Source: Trichoplax adhaerens
Taxonomy: Eukaryota > Animalia > Placozoa
Direction of reading: 5' to 3'
DNA length: 64,000 bases
NCBI RefSeq assembly: GCF_000150275.1
Contig: NW_002060947.1
Location: 480,695 to 544,694 of the forward strand
Position 1 is the stretch's first letter. Every line of letters begins with the position of its first letter. The translations under genes were made by a program, and so were the position numbers. The notes under the pieces are model-generated. The model was not told where the DNA came from, searched no databases, and saw nothing but the letters and a program-made list of their open reading frames with translations. Positions 36,680 through 50,326 of the stretch are shown here, in pieces.

Positions 36680-39600
36680 TTAAACTGTAAGAGGACGAAG
36701 AAGACAATCATCATTAAGAGTAATTCTATTCCATAAATATAATGCTTAAAATAACTTATTAATGCTTATTGCACAAACTGCCGTAATTTAAGTAATAGCA
36801 AAATTCATGAAAGCCATAAGTAACCTAATAATTACCTTTTTGTCCCAGTGGTTGTTGTTGTGGTGGAGGTCGAGGAGCTCGATGTGTTTCTTTAGGAGGT
36901 TCTTGAACTGGGCCACTTCGGAATTGGCGATAAATCATATATACGAGTATTAAAGCAAGAATAACACCCATAACAAATAGAATAACGAACCAAGCCCGAT
37001 TGAAAGGTGGCAAATTCTCTATACATTTAAAGTGAAAAGATTAATAGAGAAATGAATTGAGTTAAATGGGACTAAAATGTAATTTATATTATGGTTAAGG
37101 AATAGCTAATTTACCTTCGAATGACGACATTGCGGCTAATGCTTGAGGTGTTGGACTACTTTCCAGTGGGTTACGTCCGGTATTAAGAATACTAACCATT
37201 CGAACGTAATAATTCTTAGTTCCGTCGATACCATCTAGAGTAATTTGGCGAGCAGTTCCAGGTATATTAGCACCATACTTGTACCATACTGAATCATCTA
37301 CAATACCAAATATTATTATATGTTATATAGATTTCAGAACATAAGATAAGATACAATTTTGCTATTTACATCAAAGATATTTTTGATAGTTTTATACTTA
37401 CTTCGAGCTTCTCGCAAACGAACTTCAAATCGTATTGGATTTTTAACAACAAGCCAACTTATTTCGATGCGGCTATTCGATACAGCCTTGGCAAGGTAAT
37501 TGTATGGAGCATAGTCTATTTAAGTTAATTAGAGAAAGTGATCTTTGATCAGCTTTGTGAATCTCAGATAAGTTTAAAATAATTTCATAGGATATTTTAT
37601 AATGATGTGACAAAAAAAGATCACTTTATCTGTGTAAAGAATGTGTTACCGTAAGGTAAAGACTGCAAATGAGTGTAGTCTTGGATATTATCATTTCGAA
37701 ATATTGGATAAATAGTAACGTTATAGATCGCAGTACTGGAGTAATAATTAAAATTATACTCAAATATATAAAGGTCATGCGTTAAATTACGATATGTCTA
37801 ATATTCAAAATTACAGAAGAAATCACTCTTATGATTAATAATGAAATGAGCAGATTCTAAGTAGTGATAGTACCTAGAGATGAGTAATTAAATCTATAAC
37901 TGCTCCATATCATCAGTAGAATTCTCGTATAATAGAAATTAAACAAGCAATACCATTGCATCAAAATAAATAAAAATGTATCGAACATGAATTTTACTAT
38001 AGAGCTACTCTATTTGCTACTGTAGAAGGAATTTAGCAGGATTTAAAAAATAATCAATATATCGACATATTGCATAATATGACGTATGATTCTCAACATA
38101 CCATCACCAGAGGCATATGCTTGTGCTCTTCGAGATGGACCAAATCCGGCGGCATTCTCCGCTGATACTGTAAATACATATGTACCTCTCGGAACACGAC
38201 TTAGGCTGAAATGGTGAACGTTGCCAGGAAGCAAATATGATCCATAGTATTGATAAGCTCGACCAGTTAGAGTATAAGTGATATTTAAGCTATAGCCGAT
38301 AATAATACCATTCGCACGCGCTGGACGTACCCAGTTAGCCGCTACAACATTTCCTGTTGATATTGCACCGGCAGCAAGTTGCATAACAGGATCAGGTTCT
38401 ATGCAGAAGTAATTAGTGCATTCAAATTAGAGCTAAATATTAGACTATCATGTTAATGATATGAAAATTCAATTTCTGAATGAACTTACTGCTTGATCTA
38501 GTACGAACAACAATTCTAGCAGAGTAACTCCTTCCACTGCTACGACTTCTTCCGAAAGCTTCAATTTCATAAACAGTATATGGCATCAAGCCATAAAATA
38601 CGTAAGTTAAAGTGTTGGGTCCCACAGTATAGTTAGTTGATCGGCCTGGAGCTCTGACATCCCATATCCTCAGCTAAAGTTTAAACAATCATAAGTCAGT
38701 TGATTCAAGAGTGAAATAGTCCCTATTCACCGCAGCTAGAACTCTCATAGAGAATGTGCATAATGTTGCCTTACTGTATAGCCACGTAGTGTTCCTTCAA
38801 TAAAATTCTGGGGTATACCATCCCAACGAACAGCAATCGAATTTGCTTCAATTTCGGTAGTTCTAAAATTGACAGGTGGACTTCTAGGAGCTATGATTTA
38901 CCAATTAAAATTCAATTATTATCACTTAATAAAGGTTCGTTTTTTCATATTAAATAGAATTAACTTACGAGCTTCTGATGTGAACCCACGTACTATGGTT
39001 GTTGTCCTCAGGCCAATACCTAAATTATTATAAGGTTGGATATAGATATCGTAATATCTTTCTCGAAGCAAGTTATTAATAAAGTAGGAGTTGACATTGG
39101 AGACATTTAAGTTGGTATAAAATCGGTCGCTGTCGAGTTTATAGTATAGCATGTATCCAATACCAGGAGCATTTTGTTCTTCACCAGGAAGAGCCTAGGA
39201 AAGAAGTTTAAGAAGAATTGTAACAGTTTACTGTTTCTCTATTTTATAAAAGAGCTGCACCACATAACACTCTTATTTTAGATTCAATTTAGAATAGACA
39301 TACCATCCATGATACAAAGAGTCTATTGGGATAACGTCCAGAACCTTCAACTCTGAGACCTTTAGGAGCATTGTAAGGTACTAGAGCAAAAAATTTGCCA
39401 AGTGTTGTTTAATCGTTATAGCGAAACGTTAAAGATCAGCATTGTAAAGAAAGTTTATTCAATTATAGATGATACTGTAAATAATTCTGTGTTTGGACAT
39501 ACTGTAATCTAATTATCTAGAATCGTTCAGTACATGTCTAAGATTATGAATAATTTCTGTATTAATTTAGTTATCCAATATGAACTACATTTCATGAACT

Positions 39601-42600
39601 ATTATGACTCATACATGATAGCAGCTGCCGAAGGGTATTTAAGCTCGGCAGATAGTTGAATAAAAGAGAGTTCTATAGTTGTTTAACGCAGAAGCAAAGC
39701 GTCTAAGTTCTTGTGAGATAGTTAAGGGATACTGAATCCCGCAGACTATAGTAAATTTCGAGATTTTTTTACGTTATCTTGTCACGAAACTGGTTTGTGA
39801 CAGTTAGTTACTACAAATTACCGATGGTAAATTTTATCTACTCACTTACCTGCTGGTTCAGTAATATACGCTGCTGTCCATAAGCTTCTTTCACCAACTC
39901 CAACTGTATTGATGCCAGCGACTCGGAAAACATACTGTCCCCAAGGTGATAGCTTGACAGTAGCATTGTTGGCCATAGGATGGGTTACATTTTGCACACG
40001 TATAGTTTGATTATGATTGGATCTGTATTCGATACGATAGGCAAGAATTGGACTATTATGATCTTGGCCATGAGTGAATGTCCAATAGACATTGACGGAT
40101 TCTTTCATTTTATTGAATAGTACAACATAGCGTGGCTTGCCAGGAACATCTGCAGATAATAATTACAGGTGGAAAGATTTATATATATATATATTATTAA
40201 GATTAGGATACCATTTTAAAAATAGATTGGTTTACAATCTCAAGTCATGATTCTTAGATCGATACGCAAAATTTCGTGATCATTAATTTTAAAATGTAAC
40301 GTATAGAAACTAGAGAAAAATCGATGTTTACAACTTTATTGCAACCTAACCGTTAACAGTCAGTTGTGTTGTGGTAGAAATAGTTTGACCTCCGGCTAGT
40401 GCTGAGCATTGATAGGAGCCAGTATCCGGTAGTAATGCATTGGATATGATCAAAGTGTTATTTGTATTGACGTAAATACGAGAGCCGTTTAATACCCTTG
40501 CGCCACCTTTAGTCCACATGATATACGAGCCATTACGATTTGGAAAAGCATCAACCGAACAATTTAGTTCAATGCGTGATCCAGTACGATAGACGATGTA
40601 TGGAGCTGAAGTCGTTGTAAAGTAGATTCCCTGAGCTGTTTCAATACATAAGAAGGAGTAATATTAGCAAGTAGATGATATGGTTATAAGTACATTTCCT
40701 ACCTTAGTATTTACCTAAATACTACCATATACATGAACGATGACATTATAAGTAAAACAAATGTTCAACTTTTAAGATAATTTAAAGCAATTTTTCTAAA
40801 ATAAGAAAATTGATGATTCGATCGGAATAATTCGATAGCCATATTATTGCGAAACGTAAATCATTATTGACATATAGTTTAAACTATTTTATGTCATGTG
40901 AGTGGAAGCGTAATTGGAAAATTCAATTCATTACAGTCCTATTTAATAAGTATAGATATTGAATGAAAGTTGGATTGTTATTTAATCCATTTGCTGGATC
41001 AATATTCGTCCAAAAGTGAATTATACCAATGAGAACGTTGTTAAGGAAAAGGTGAGCTTGCTTATGCTTCCTTATATCGTGCATACTAATATATTAAACT
41101 TGTACAGCAGTTTATAGTTGGATTACAAGCAATCATTTCTGGGATAAGGAAATGTGCTATGCTAGCGTATTCTTTGGACACCTAATAGGCTACCAAAGCT
41201 GATACTTTTTGCAGTATATGTCTGATTTCTAGGATCAAATACATTATTTCGTCAGGCAATATATGGAATAAGGTCATTTACAACACATGCAAATACGTGC
41301 TTCGTTTTGTGGCACCTATTAATCTACTTTCCTTGAACGGTAGTTGTAGTTAGTTTAAAAGCAATCATTTCAAGAAAACTAGTGCAAACTCCCGTCGCTT
41401 TGCTGACGGTTTACGATAATGTGCTCATTTAACAGATAGTATTACCATTTGATAGACCTGTCAGAGTAAGGCATGTATATCATTGAGTCAAGGAATAGAT
41501 AGGGTAAGGCAATCAATAACGCTCTTATGACTGAAAATGATCATGAGTAATAATCATTCGATTAGTTATACTCTGCCTTGGCCCTGCCATAAAGTTCTAA
41601 ACTAAGCAACTAACTCATATCCTATCAGTTCAAGAAATTGATTTTAATACAAATAAGAATTATTGACACTCTTGCAATACTATATCACATCTTGTGGTAG
41701 TCTAAGCATAACCCTAAAATGGGTAACACTGTCTAGCATTTGATTTGATTCTATACGTAGCTGGATTTTCTTACAGAACATTTTAACACTACTTGAAAGT
41801 AATGACTCCCACTTTAGATGCTTGCAACCATAGCAAAGCAAATATCACTTCCTGCATGATTAATTATCAACTCTAACGACTTAAAGAAGGTAAGTTTAAG
41901 CAACAAGAATTCTTCTTCGGTCAAATTATTTTGAAAAATTGTATTTAGCATACTCGATCATTATGTTTATTATTTATGGTTACGCTATGTAGGTAAACTT
42001 CAACGATACTAGCTACTAAAACAGACTTATTAAAACAATTATAGAGGGCTTAGTAAAAGAAAACTTAACTATCAATTCGGATAACCTTGATTATGATTTA
42101 AGTGCAAAATCTGTTCTAATGACCCTATTGAATTAGACAAGCTTTACTTTATAGTAGAAGAAATGATATGGACAGACATGATTGATTGTTGTATGAAAGT
42201 TCCAGGATTGCATTGCTTTTCATTAAATGGACCAACTAAAATGGCTGCTTAAGTGGAAAGTAACATTAAAAGTATGACTAGTAGAATATGCGATCGAATA
42301 GAAATGAAATAAATGGCCATTACATCCTTAAAATGATCATCAACCTATAAGTCATAACTTCCTAGGCATTAAGTTAGCTCTATCGAGTTTCATTATCTCA
42401 ACAGTAGAGCTAGGAAAGAACAATTTAAAAGACTAGCTAGGAATAAAAAGGAATCAAAAAATCGGTCGGAAATCATGAAAAGTTATTTTAAATTAAAGCT
42501 ATAATCTACAAAATACAAATCATCGAGGACATTGGAATTGATCAATTACATTTTGCTAACATTCGATGCTACAAAAAATTTGAAATCTTACCAGAATGAC

Positions 42601-42646
42601 TGCAAAGAATTAGGGCGATTAAATAGAATAGGTATTGCCGTTTCAT
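36680..42646 (-). CDS. L1/neuroglian/contactin-related type I membrane protein: signal peptide, 1 Ig, 5 FN3, TM, short Pro/Gln tail
   Basis: Signal exon 42592-42646 MKRQYLFYLIALILCSHS|AQG. Ig exon at about 40350-40636 (IELNC...W.K...TLII....DTGSYQC). FN3 repeats DHNSPILAYRIEY..LSPWGQYVFRVAGIN, EEQNAPGIGY, GLMPYTVYEIEA and others. TM WFVILFVMGVILALILVYMIY. The tail ends GQKV (spliced, stop 36680) or GQKGNY (unspliced, stop 36825). Confidence 0.87.
41379..41466 (-). mobile_element. About 88-bp dispersed element with Helitron-like 3' end, intronic
   Basis: Near-identical to the reverse complement of 14807-14896 (CTAGTGCAAACTCCCGTCGCTTTGCTGACGGTTTACGATAATGTGCTCATTTAACAGATAGTATTACCATTTG...CTGTCAGAG). 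Confidence 0.75.
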
Positions 42647-43132
42647 GTTGTATAATTTTGTTGTTCGGTCCTAGTCACTCAAGCTTTTCCTGTGATAAGC
42701 AGAAGAGAATAGATGAGAAAAAATGGAATTTTTTTATTCTATCGTCGATTTACTAGAATACATAACTCGATTGCGATAATGCTCAATACTATCAGCATGA
42801 TGATGGCAAATTAACATTTCAATGCCAAAGTTAGAATACATGCATTTTATGCTATGGAATAAAAGGTTAATCATTCAATATTTCAAGTTACATTTAGCAA
42901 AATAGCTACGTAAGCAGAGGTGTTCTTAGTACGATATGAAAATGGCTAAAGCAAAATATCAATATTGATTTTATTGACATAGGAAAACAATATCCTCTTT
43001 CTCAGTAGAATGTTCTGGTTGCATAACCTGATGTTAAATCAAATTTGTAATACCCCTAGAGAGCATCAGATGCTATTAGCTGGCCCTTTTATTGGATAGC
43101 TGAGCAACCGTTTCTAACTGGTTAGTACCGTT

Positions 43133-43482
43133 AGATCTACCTAAGACCGATAGAATGGATTGAAAAATGGCAGTTTCTCGTTCTACCGAGACTAACAAAT
43201 AGTCCCTTCCTCCTTTTCGACTGGAACTATAAAAAAGAAAAATCGGTGCTCGTTGTCGACATCTCAGAAAATCGCAGACTATAGTGGCATCGCAAGATCT
43301 ACCTAGGGACGATGGGGTGCGATGGAAATGGCAATTTCTGTTCTAGCCAAAATTAGTATACACCAAATTTCGATTGAAATCATGTGAAAGAAAAATCGCC
43401 GCTCGTTATTGACCTTTCAGTAGACTGTACGCTATAGCAACGCCGAAAGATCGATCTAAGGACGATAGTGTACAATAGAAAT
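43133..43482. repeat. Degenerate tandem repeat, about 160 bp x2.3
   Basis: AGATCTACCTA.G..CGAT.G...AAATGGCA.TTTCT...GAAAAATCG..GCTCGTT.T.GAC at 43133, 43295 and about 43448. Confidence 0.8.
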
Positions 43483-44324
43483 GATCTTATACTTAAGTCT
43501 CCATGGGTGAAATAACGAAAACGTTGATTGGCATCGATCATGCACAGTTGGTAAGAAGAAAAGGACGATTTAGTGCAGTAAAAATTGTATCAGGGGCAAT
43601 TTAAATTAAGTGCTATGGTCGATAAATAAATATCTTTCATCAGCATCAAGGATAGGTGGCAAGAAAATGTAGAGCGGAACACTTGCTCCTACTGTCAATT
43701 TCCATCGCTAACTGCTTGCTGTTTGAGCCATAATGATTCTAGATTGCTATTCTATCATGACAAAGCTATTGGTGTCGTAAATGATCTATCCGAGGCTCTG
43801 AGGCCTTCGTTTTAAACTCTCGCTCTCCACATCGTCAGTAAAGAATATCCTAAATGGCGTCAGCAAATCAAAAATCAAGAAGAAATCGCTTCTTAAATCA
43901 AAAACTTCCAGTTGCCTATAACGAAGAAAGTATATTATCCACACATTTAACGTAGAATGGTTGTTTAATGGACTAGAAAAGCCTCTATTTGATCTATCCT
44001 GTTCATGGTAAATAACTTGACTTTTGGATCAGATGTAATACCAACTGTAAATCAGGAAAAAACTGAAGGCTGCCTTACAATGATGGAAAGAAGTTATTCT
44101 AAACTATCTTGCTGCGCTTCTACCAGAGATGACAGATTGTATTGCTTTGATGGCAGAATAAAATAGGACAACATCCTAGCTGTTCCACTGCTGTATACGG
44201 AATCAATTAAAATAAAAATGAATACCATCTTGTGATATAATTAGTCTCATGGATGGAAGCTAGTTTTTGCCTTATTGCTGATTTTATAATTAAGTTGATT
44301 AAAAGAAAGAATTCGAGATTACCC

Positions 44325-45125
44325 GATGGAGGAGTAGAAAAATAAATTTTAGTTAGAATACGCTTTAGGAGAATACATTATTCTACTCCTTTTTTCGGTC
44401 TAAAATGGCAGCAATGCGAATCATTGATTCGAAAAACTTCCTTGAATATCAAAGAAGAATAGATTTTAAATAGGATGCACTTTAGAGCCTTGGAATAGCT
44501 CATATTCTACTCGTTATTTCTCTTCCGTAATCCCGATAGTACGGTACTAGTCGTTGATTCAAAATGTAGAGTAAAAACTTCCGTCAATATCGAAGAAAAA
44601 TTAGATTTTAAATATGTTGCGGGTTTAGGTAACGCATTATTCTCTTCGTTACTTCTCTCCAAAATGGCAGTAATGCTGTTATAATCGTTTTAGTTTGAAA
44701 ATGGTGGTAAAACTTCCGTGAGCTTGAAAGCAAAATAAGTTTTAAAGATGATGCGAGTTAGGATAACACATTATCCCTAACTCGCTATTTATCTCCAAAA
44801 TTGCAGTACTGTAATACTATGCTAATCATTGGTTAAAATGGAGAGTAAAACTTCCGTAAACTTGAAAGAAAAGCAGATTGTAAAGATATTGTCGGTTAGG
44901 ATAGCACATTATCCCATTTGTTAGTTAAAATTAAAGGTAAAACGTCCCTGCACTTGAAAGAAAAACGGGTTTTAAAGACGATGCGTATTCTAGGATAACA
45001 CATTATTCTACCCGTTCTTTGTCGGCAAAATGCCAGCAATACTAATCGTCGGCTAGAACTTGGTGGTCAAATGTCCATCAATCTCGGAGGATTTTAAGAA
45101 ATCGATTTCAAATATGATGCTCGCT
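44325..45125. repeat. Degenerate tandem array, 110-140-bp units, about 6-7 copies
   Basis: Recurrent GAGTAAAACTTCCGT...AAAGAAAA..AGATTTTAAA..ATG.TGCG..TTAGGATAACACATTATTCTACTCG...AAAATGGCAG. Confidence 0.85.
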
Positions 45126-45164
45126 ACTCTAAACTACTGTAATTAGCTGAAACCACTACGAAAT

Positions 45165-45832
45165 TATTATAGAGATCTGAATTAAATGAGATGCGAAACT
45201 TTTTCGAATATTTCAAGTTAATATTGGCGTTGGCATAGACCAATCGTGGGTTAAAATTAGGTAGTGAAACTTCCGTGAAATGAAGGTAATATTAACGTCG
45301 TCGTAGACTAACCTTGGGATGAAATTGGTTAGTAAAACTTCCGCGCATATTAATAAGATATGAAAACTTTTCGCACACACTACAAGGTAATATTTGCGTT
45401 AGCATAGACTAATGGTGGGTTGAAATTAGGTAGTAGAACTTCCGTGAATATTAATTAATGAAATGCGAACGGAATGAGATGACACATGAAGACTTTTTCG
45501 CATACTACAAGGTAATATTAGCGTTGGCTTATACTAATCGTGGGCAGTAAAATCTTTCATTCATATTAATGAGATCTGAAAACTTTTTCGCACGTTACAA
45601 AGTGATATCATCATTGGCAGACTAAACGTGGTTAAAATTAAGTAGTAAAAAGCTCCGTGAATATTAATCAATGAGATATGAAAACTTTTTCACACACAAT
45701 AGGTAGCATTAGCGTTGGCTTAGACTAATCATGGCTTAAAATTGATTAGTAAAAGCTTTCGCTAATATTAATGAGATCTGAATTGGGAAGATATAAAAAC
45801 TTTTTCGTAAATTACTAGGCAATATTAGCACT
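45165..45832. repeat. Degenerate tandem array, 60-130-bp units, about 7 copies
   Basis: Recurrent GAGATATGAAAACTTTTTCGCA..CTACAAGGTAATATTAGCGTTGGCATAGACTAATCGTGGGTTAAAATTAGGTAGTAAAACTTCCGTGAATATTAAT. Confidence 0.88.
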
Positions 45833-46799
45833 AGATTTGAATACAGTATTTTGAGAAAGAGAAGAAACTAGACAACAGGTTGATGTTATTCGTTTGTTTG
45901 AGTGCTGACAAAACGACTCTTTCGTTCATTGTGTAGAAGAAGGACGCCATAACAGACTGGATCAAAGGGGATTAGGAAAAATTAGCAAACATATTCATGG
46001 TGTTGACAACAGAATGTATTAATGGCCTACTTTAGGTTTACCTTGTGGATGGAAGCTTTATCTAATACATTAAAAATAATTTTGAACGAAATTTGGATCA
46101 GAAATTTTTTAACAGCGATCATAACCAGGACGCCGCAGCTAAAGAACTATCAGTCGATATCGACAAGCAACGGCAGATAACGTTAACCCAAAATTGGCTA
46201 TAACTTTCTAGTCTTATTCAGACCACCTACTATTTCTAAATAACGGAAGACATGGTCCCCAAAAACGTGCTTCAAAACCTATACATTAATCTATTCTATC
46301 AGCGTGGTCTAGTTTATACTTTGTCAACATGCTTAAATCGCAATTCTTTTTCCTTATAAGCTTAATTTAATATCTGCTGATCTAATGTTGGATCACCTCC
46401 TGCTGGTTGCCTATTTTTTAAATAGTTCATGGTACTACCATGAGAATGGTTTATGTCCAATACAATTAACACTAAAATAAGGTGATCTCTCTAGCTCGCA
46501 CTACTCTCTTCTGCCGAGGACAGTAATGCTTAAATTGCGTTTAAAATGGATGATCGAGTTCATTATTCTCATCATTCTTTCTTGCTAGTTGTGCCGACTA
46601 AGCACGGTTGTTATTGGATGAACTTCAATTCCAACTGCAATCAAGTACAACGGCGATGATAGGAGAATAAATACGATACAAACTCAAAGACTGCTTGGCA
46701 ATGTATAGGAAATGCAATCATCGAGTTCCAGTTGCCTTTAGATAGAAGGGAAAAAGGATACTGAGATAGGCCGCTCCCCTACCTAGACTGCAACGATAG

Positions 46800-47165
46800 G
46801 AAAGGCAATCTAGGCACTGATTGCTTTTAGCTCCAAAAAGAAATAGTAAAAAGTCTACTGGAATAGATAAACCTGTAGACTACAATTTTGATAGCAATAA
46901 GAGGTAATGCCTAGAAAAAACGATCATCCAGTCATTAATTGCTTTGAGCTATAAAAAGAAAGCGTTAAAGGCATGAGTAGATTGGGATAGAAATCTCCAA
47001 GGCTGCAGTTCTGACTGCAAAGATAGGAGATACTAGGGTATGCAACCACATGCTTTGATTGGCAATACCTAGAAAAGGTTATCATTCGATCACTATTAGA
47101 CTTGAGATTGAAAGAGAAAAAGTAAAAATAATATTAGGATAGAAAAATGAATCCCCTAGACCGGA
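46800..47165. repeat. Highly degenerate tandem repeat, about 130-160 bp x3
   Basis: AAT.CCTAGAAAA...ATCAT.C.....ATTGCTTT.AGCT..AAAAAGAAA....GGATAGAAA motifs recur. Confidence 0.5.
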
Positions 47166-47544
47166 GTTATCATGCTAACTAAATTGCCAAGCCTACTTGA
47201 TTGGCTAAAGAAACCATGATGCTAACATGTTAAGCTTGAGCAACAATATTGTTTTCTACCCCCTGCTATCCAAATCGACCATATTGCCCATTAATAATGC
47301 TATTATAATTAGCGACCGTTGCTTAGATAGAAAAACATTTCAGTTTTTTTTAAATTAGCGTGTGCTCTGATATCAACGTATCGTGTAAGAATAGACAATT
47401 TCTCCGTGCTTGATAACAATGAAAACTGTTTGCATGATAGAAGTTAGTTCAAAGGTTGATGATACTGATTTGGAAGGAGAACTTCCAAAGAGAATCAAGA
47501 TTATTTACTGTACTTATGATGAGCAACTAATTAGTACGTATATC

Positions 47545-47545
<1 letters not shown>

Positions 47546-47576
<31 letters not shown>

Positions 47577-47577
47577 T
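47546..47577. repeat. (TA)n microsatellite
   Basis: TATACATATATATATATATATATATATATATAT. Confidence 0.9.
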
Positions 47578-47877
47578 GAATATAATCGATTGGAACTATT
47601 TAAAATTCAATTTACCGTTAGACTAGCCTAAACAATAATGTCTAAAATCTAATATAGTAATGAGGATAGAAATCAAGGGCAAACATGTTGATCTTTAACT
47701 TTGATCATTTTTTTTAATCGTAATCAATCAACTAACCAATAGGATATTCCAATCATCACTTGTAACATTGTAATGAAGAGAAACATTTTATTTTAGCCAT
47801 GATAATAGTACATGCTAAAAGATCAAAATGTCGACCATTCTTTAGATTCGTACATTGAAACAATGCTATTCCGCGTT

Positions 47878-48203
47878 GATATCAACTCATACTCTACGCT
47901 ATCCATCTTATTGGTCTTGTTAAGTAGATAAAATCCTATCCCGACAAAATAGCAATAAATATCAATTTTGAACTCATAGATTATCCGTCTTATTGGCCTT
48001 ATTGAGTTGATGAAATCCCATCTAGGAAAAATGGTAACGGATATCAATTTAAATTCATAGTCTATCTTTCCTATTGTTCTTGTTGAGTAGATGAAATCTC
48101 ATTAAGGAAAAATGGTAACAGATATCAATTTAAATTCATCGTCTATCCATCTTATTGCCCTTGTTGAGTAGATGAAATCTCATCAAGGTACCAACGGATA
48201 TCA
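47878..48203. repeat. Tandem repeat, about 80 bp x4
   Basis: GATATCAATTTAAATTCAT..TCTATCC.TCTTATTG..CTTGTTGAGTAGATGAAATCTCAT.AAGGAAAAATGGTAAC at about 47878, 47958, 48040 and 48120. Confidence 0.9.
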
Positions 48204-50155
48204 GACCCAAACAGAAATAGCGACGGATAAAGGATGATTTTATAAAATAATATTGACACGCAGGGTAAATTTATTCACCAATCACGATAAAAAACATGAG
48301 AACTCGTCCACGTTGTTTAGAGGTCATCATTCTAAATTACGAAAATGCTTTCTATCAGCTAAGCCTAGAACTTAATCTTATGCTAGCCATTTTTCAAATC
48401 GATCTACTGAATTTTTTTTCCTCATTTTGGTAACTATCCATTAATAATTATATATGAAAGGTGCAAGACGGTAGAAAATGTTTTCAATATTGATTACAGT
48501 AACTATTTCATCCTAATACAACAAAGAAATCGAGCACGCTGGTATCAGTTTTTATTACTACTTCTCAATAGGATCAAATTGGCGTTCATATTCGCCCACA
48601 TAAAATTGCAATCAGAAATTCGAAACTGTAAATAGAGAAGCGATGAAAATTCGTAAAGATTCAATTACTAAATGACAGACTTAAGAATAGGCTAATCGGC
48701 TAACGTATCGATAAAATAATTGAATAGAAAAGCTAGTGCGACTTAAAATGTCATTAAAAATCGGTGAATGAAGAGAATAGAACTGAGAAGAATTGAGACT
48801 GATGAAAAAGTAGAGGAAAAAATGGAATTTATTCGCAAGGCTTATGATTAAAAGAAAAGTGATATTTAATCACAGCAAATGTCTGGTAGTGAGGTCATAA
48901 AAATAATAAATTGTGTAATCGTGACCACATTAACAGTCTTCAATTCGTTAACGCGAAAATGATGAATTCATTAACGCCAGAATTGCATTTGAACAAACTT
49001 TTAACAAATAGAATGTACGCGTAGATAGTCATGGTCCAAAATGATCGTTTTTAGAACAAAAGATCGAATTAAGGACGTTAGGACTAGCTATGTCAAAAAG
49101 CGTACAATGTGTCTTCTAATCGTGCGGTAGGATGATGGCAGTACTACTAGGTGAGTCAAATTCGTCCAGAGTATAATGTAGTCTTGTTATTAAAATTAAT
49201 GCGAAAGAAAGGATGAGGAAAATGATCAAATCGCTAATCAGTTCTTTATACCAATTGTTTGTATGTCTTTTAATTTTTCGGGGAGGATAAATGATGCTGA
49301 AACTAAGTGGGGGATTATAATAAGCTAATATAGTGATAGGGGTGAAAAAAGTTCACCAATTTTTTATCTAATTAAACAAAAATAAAAGTTTTATGGGTGC
49401 AGAAGGATTTATAGTTAGTTAATTGGTTACCGTATTCATAGTGCTGTCTTTTTCCTTTCTCTCTCTCATTTTTTTTTGTTATTATAACGTATACAAGCAA
49501 AAGGATAGATTTCTACACTGTATGGATATTATAACGGGTTTTGCTAGTCTAGTATCGTAAGACCGATGGAAAAACCATCCATTGACTATCGAATCAGACA
49601 GAAATAAAATTTTATAAATTTTGAAGCATTGCAAGTTCAATCCGGATATAAATAGCATCGCCTTTTCAATCTCCATTTTGTACTATAACTAAAACGATGA
49701 AGGATAAAAAATTCTCCGTATCCATTACCTTGGATTATATCAGACTACTTTTGTTCGACCGAGAGAAAAAAAGTATCACTTTTCTACACACACTATGAGA
49801 CTAAAATGCAATTTTATGTGTGTAGAAGGATTGTAAGCCCTATTGGATATAATTGGAAATAGAGCTGCTTTTCTCTCTCTTGATCTCCTTGCTATCATTA
49901 TAACTTGATTAAGTAAGAACTCAGTCATGATACAATGCCAAAAGGAAAATGGTGTTATTCTTACTAATCAAGGACATGAATAAAAAGATAAATAAAGCCC
50001 ATGTTCAGATGAAAGATTAAATATTCATTGATTTAGTCAATACAAGGGAGAAATAGTTCTTGCAATCGATTAGCTATAAGGCTTTAATCCGATGTTAATA
50101 ACTCACATTTTCTATCTTTTAAACTCAGACATGATGACACTGATGATAAACTTAC

Positions 50156-50326
50156 CTCGATCGCGTCGTCTCAGGTGTTGCTGTGGTGGTCTACGATGAA
50201 GTAAAGATTTCCTTTCTAGACGCTTTAAACCTGTTTTCAAACCCTCGAAGAGTTGCAATCGATTACTAATCGCCAGGCGTTATTATTCTCTAATTATTGT
50301 CAATATCTATCCAAGAGATAATAGGG
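50156..50326 (-). other. Candidate non-coding upstream exon of the Ig-FN3 gene
   Basis: Locally GC-richer block ending in a perfect donor GAG|GTAAGT on the minus strand. The signal-peptide exon has a good acceptor (TCACAG at 42690) upstream of its ATG, so it needs an upstream exon. The linkage is inferred. Confidence 0.4.

Noticed and set aside
44325-45832. Possible CRISPR array or coding repeat
   Set aside because: Units are degenerate along their whole length with no unique spacers and no sustained ORF.
50156-50260. Coding exon (LQLFEGLKTGLKRLERK...)
   Set aside because: There are in-frame stops upstream and no ATG, and the downstream exon has its own ATG and signal peptide; treated as a possible UTR exon.
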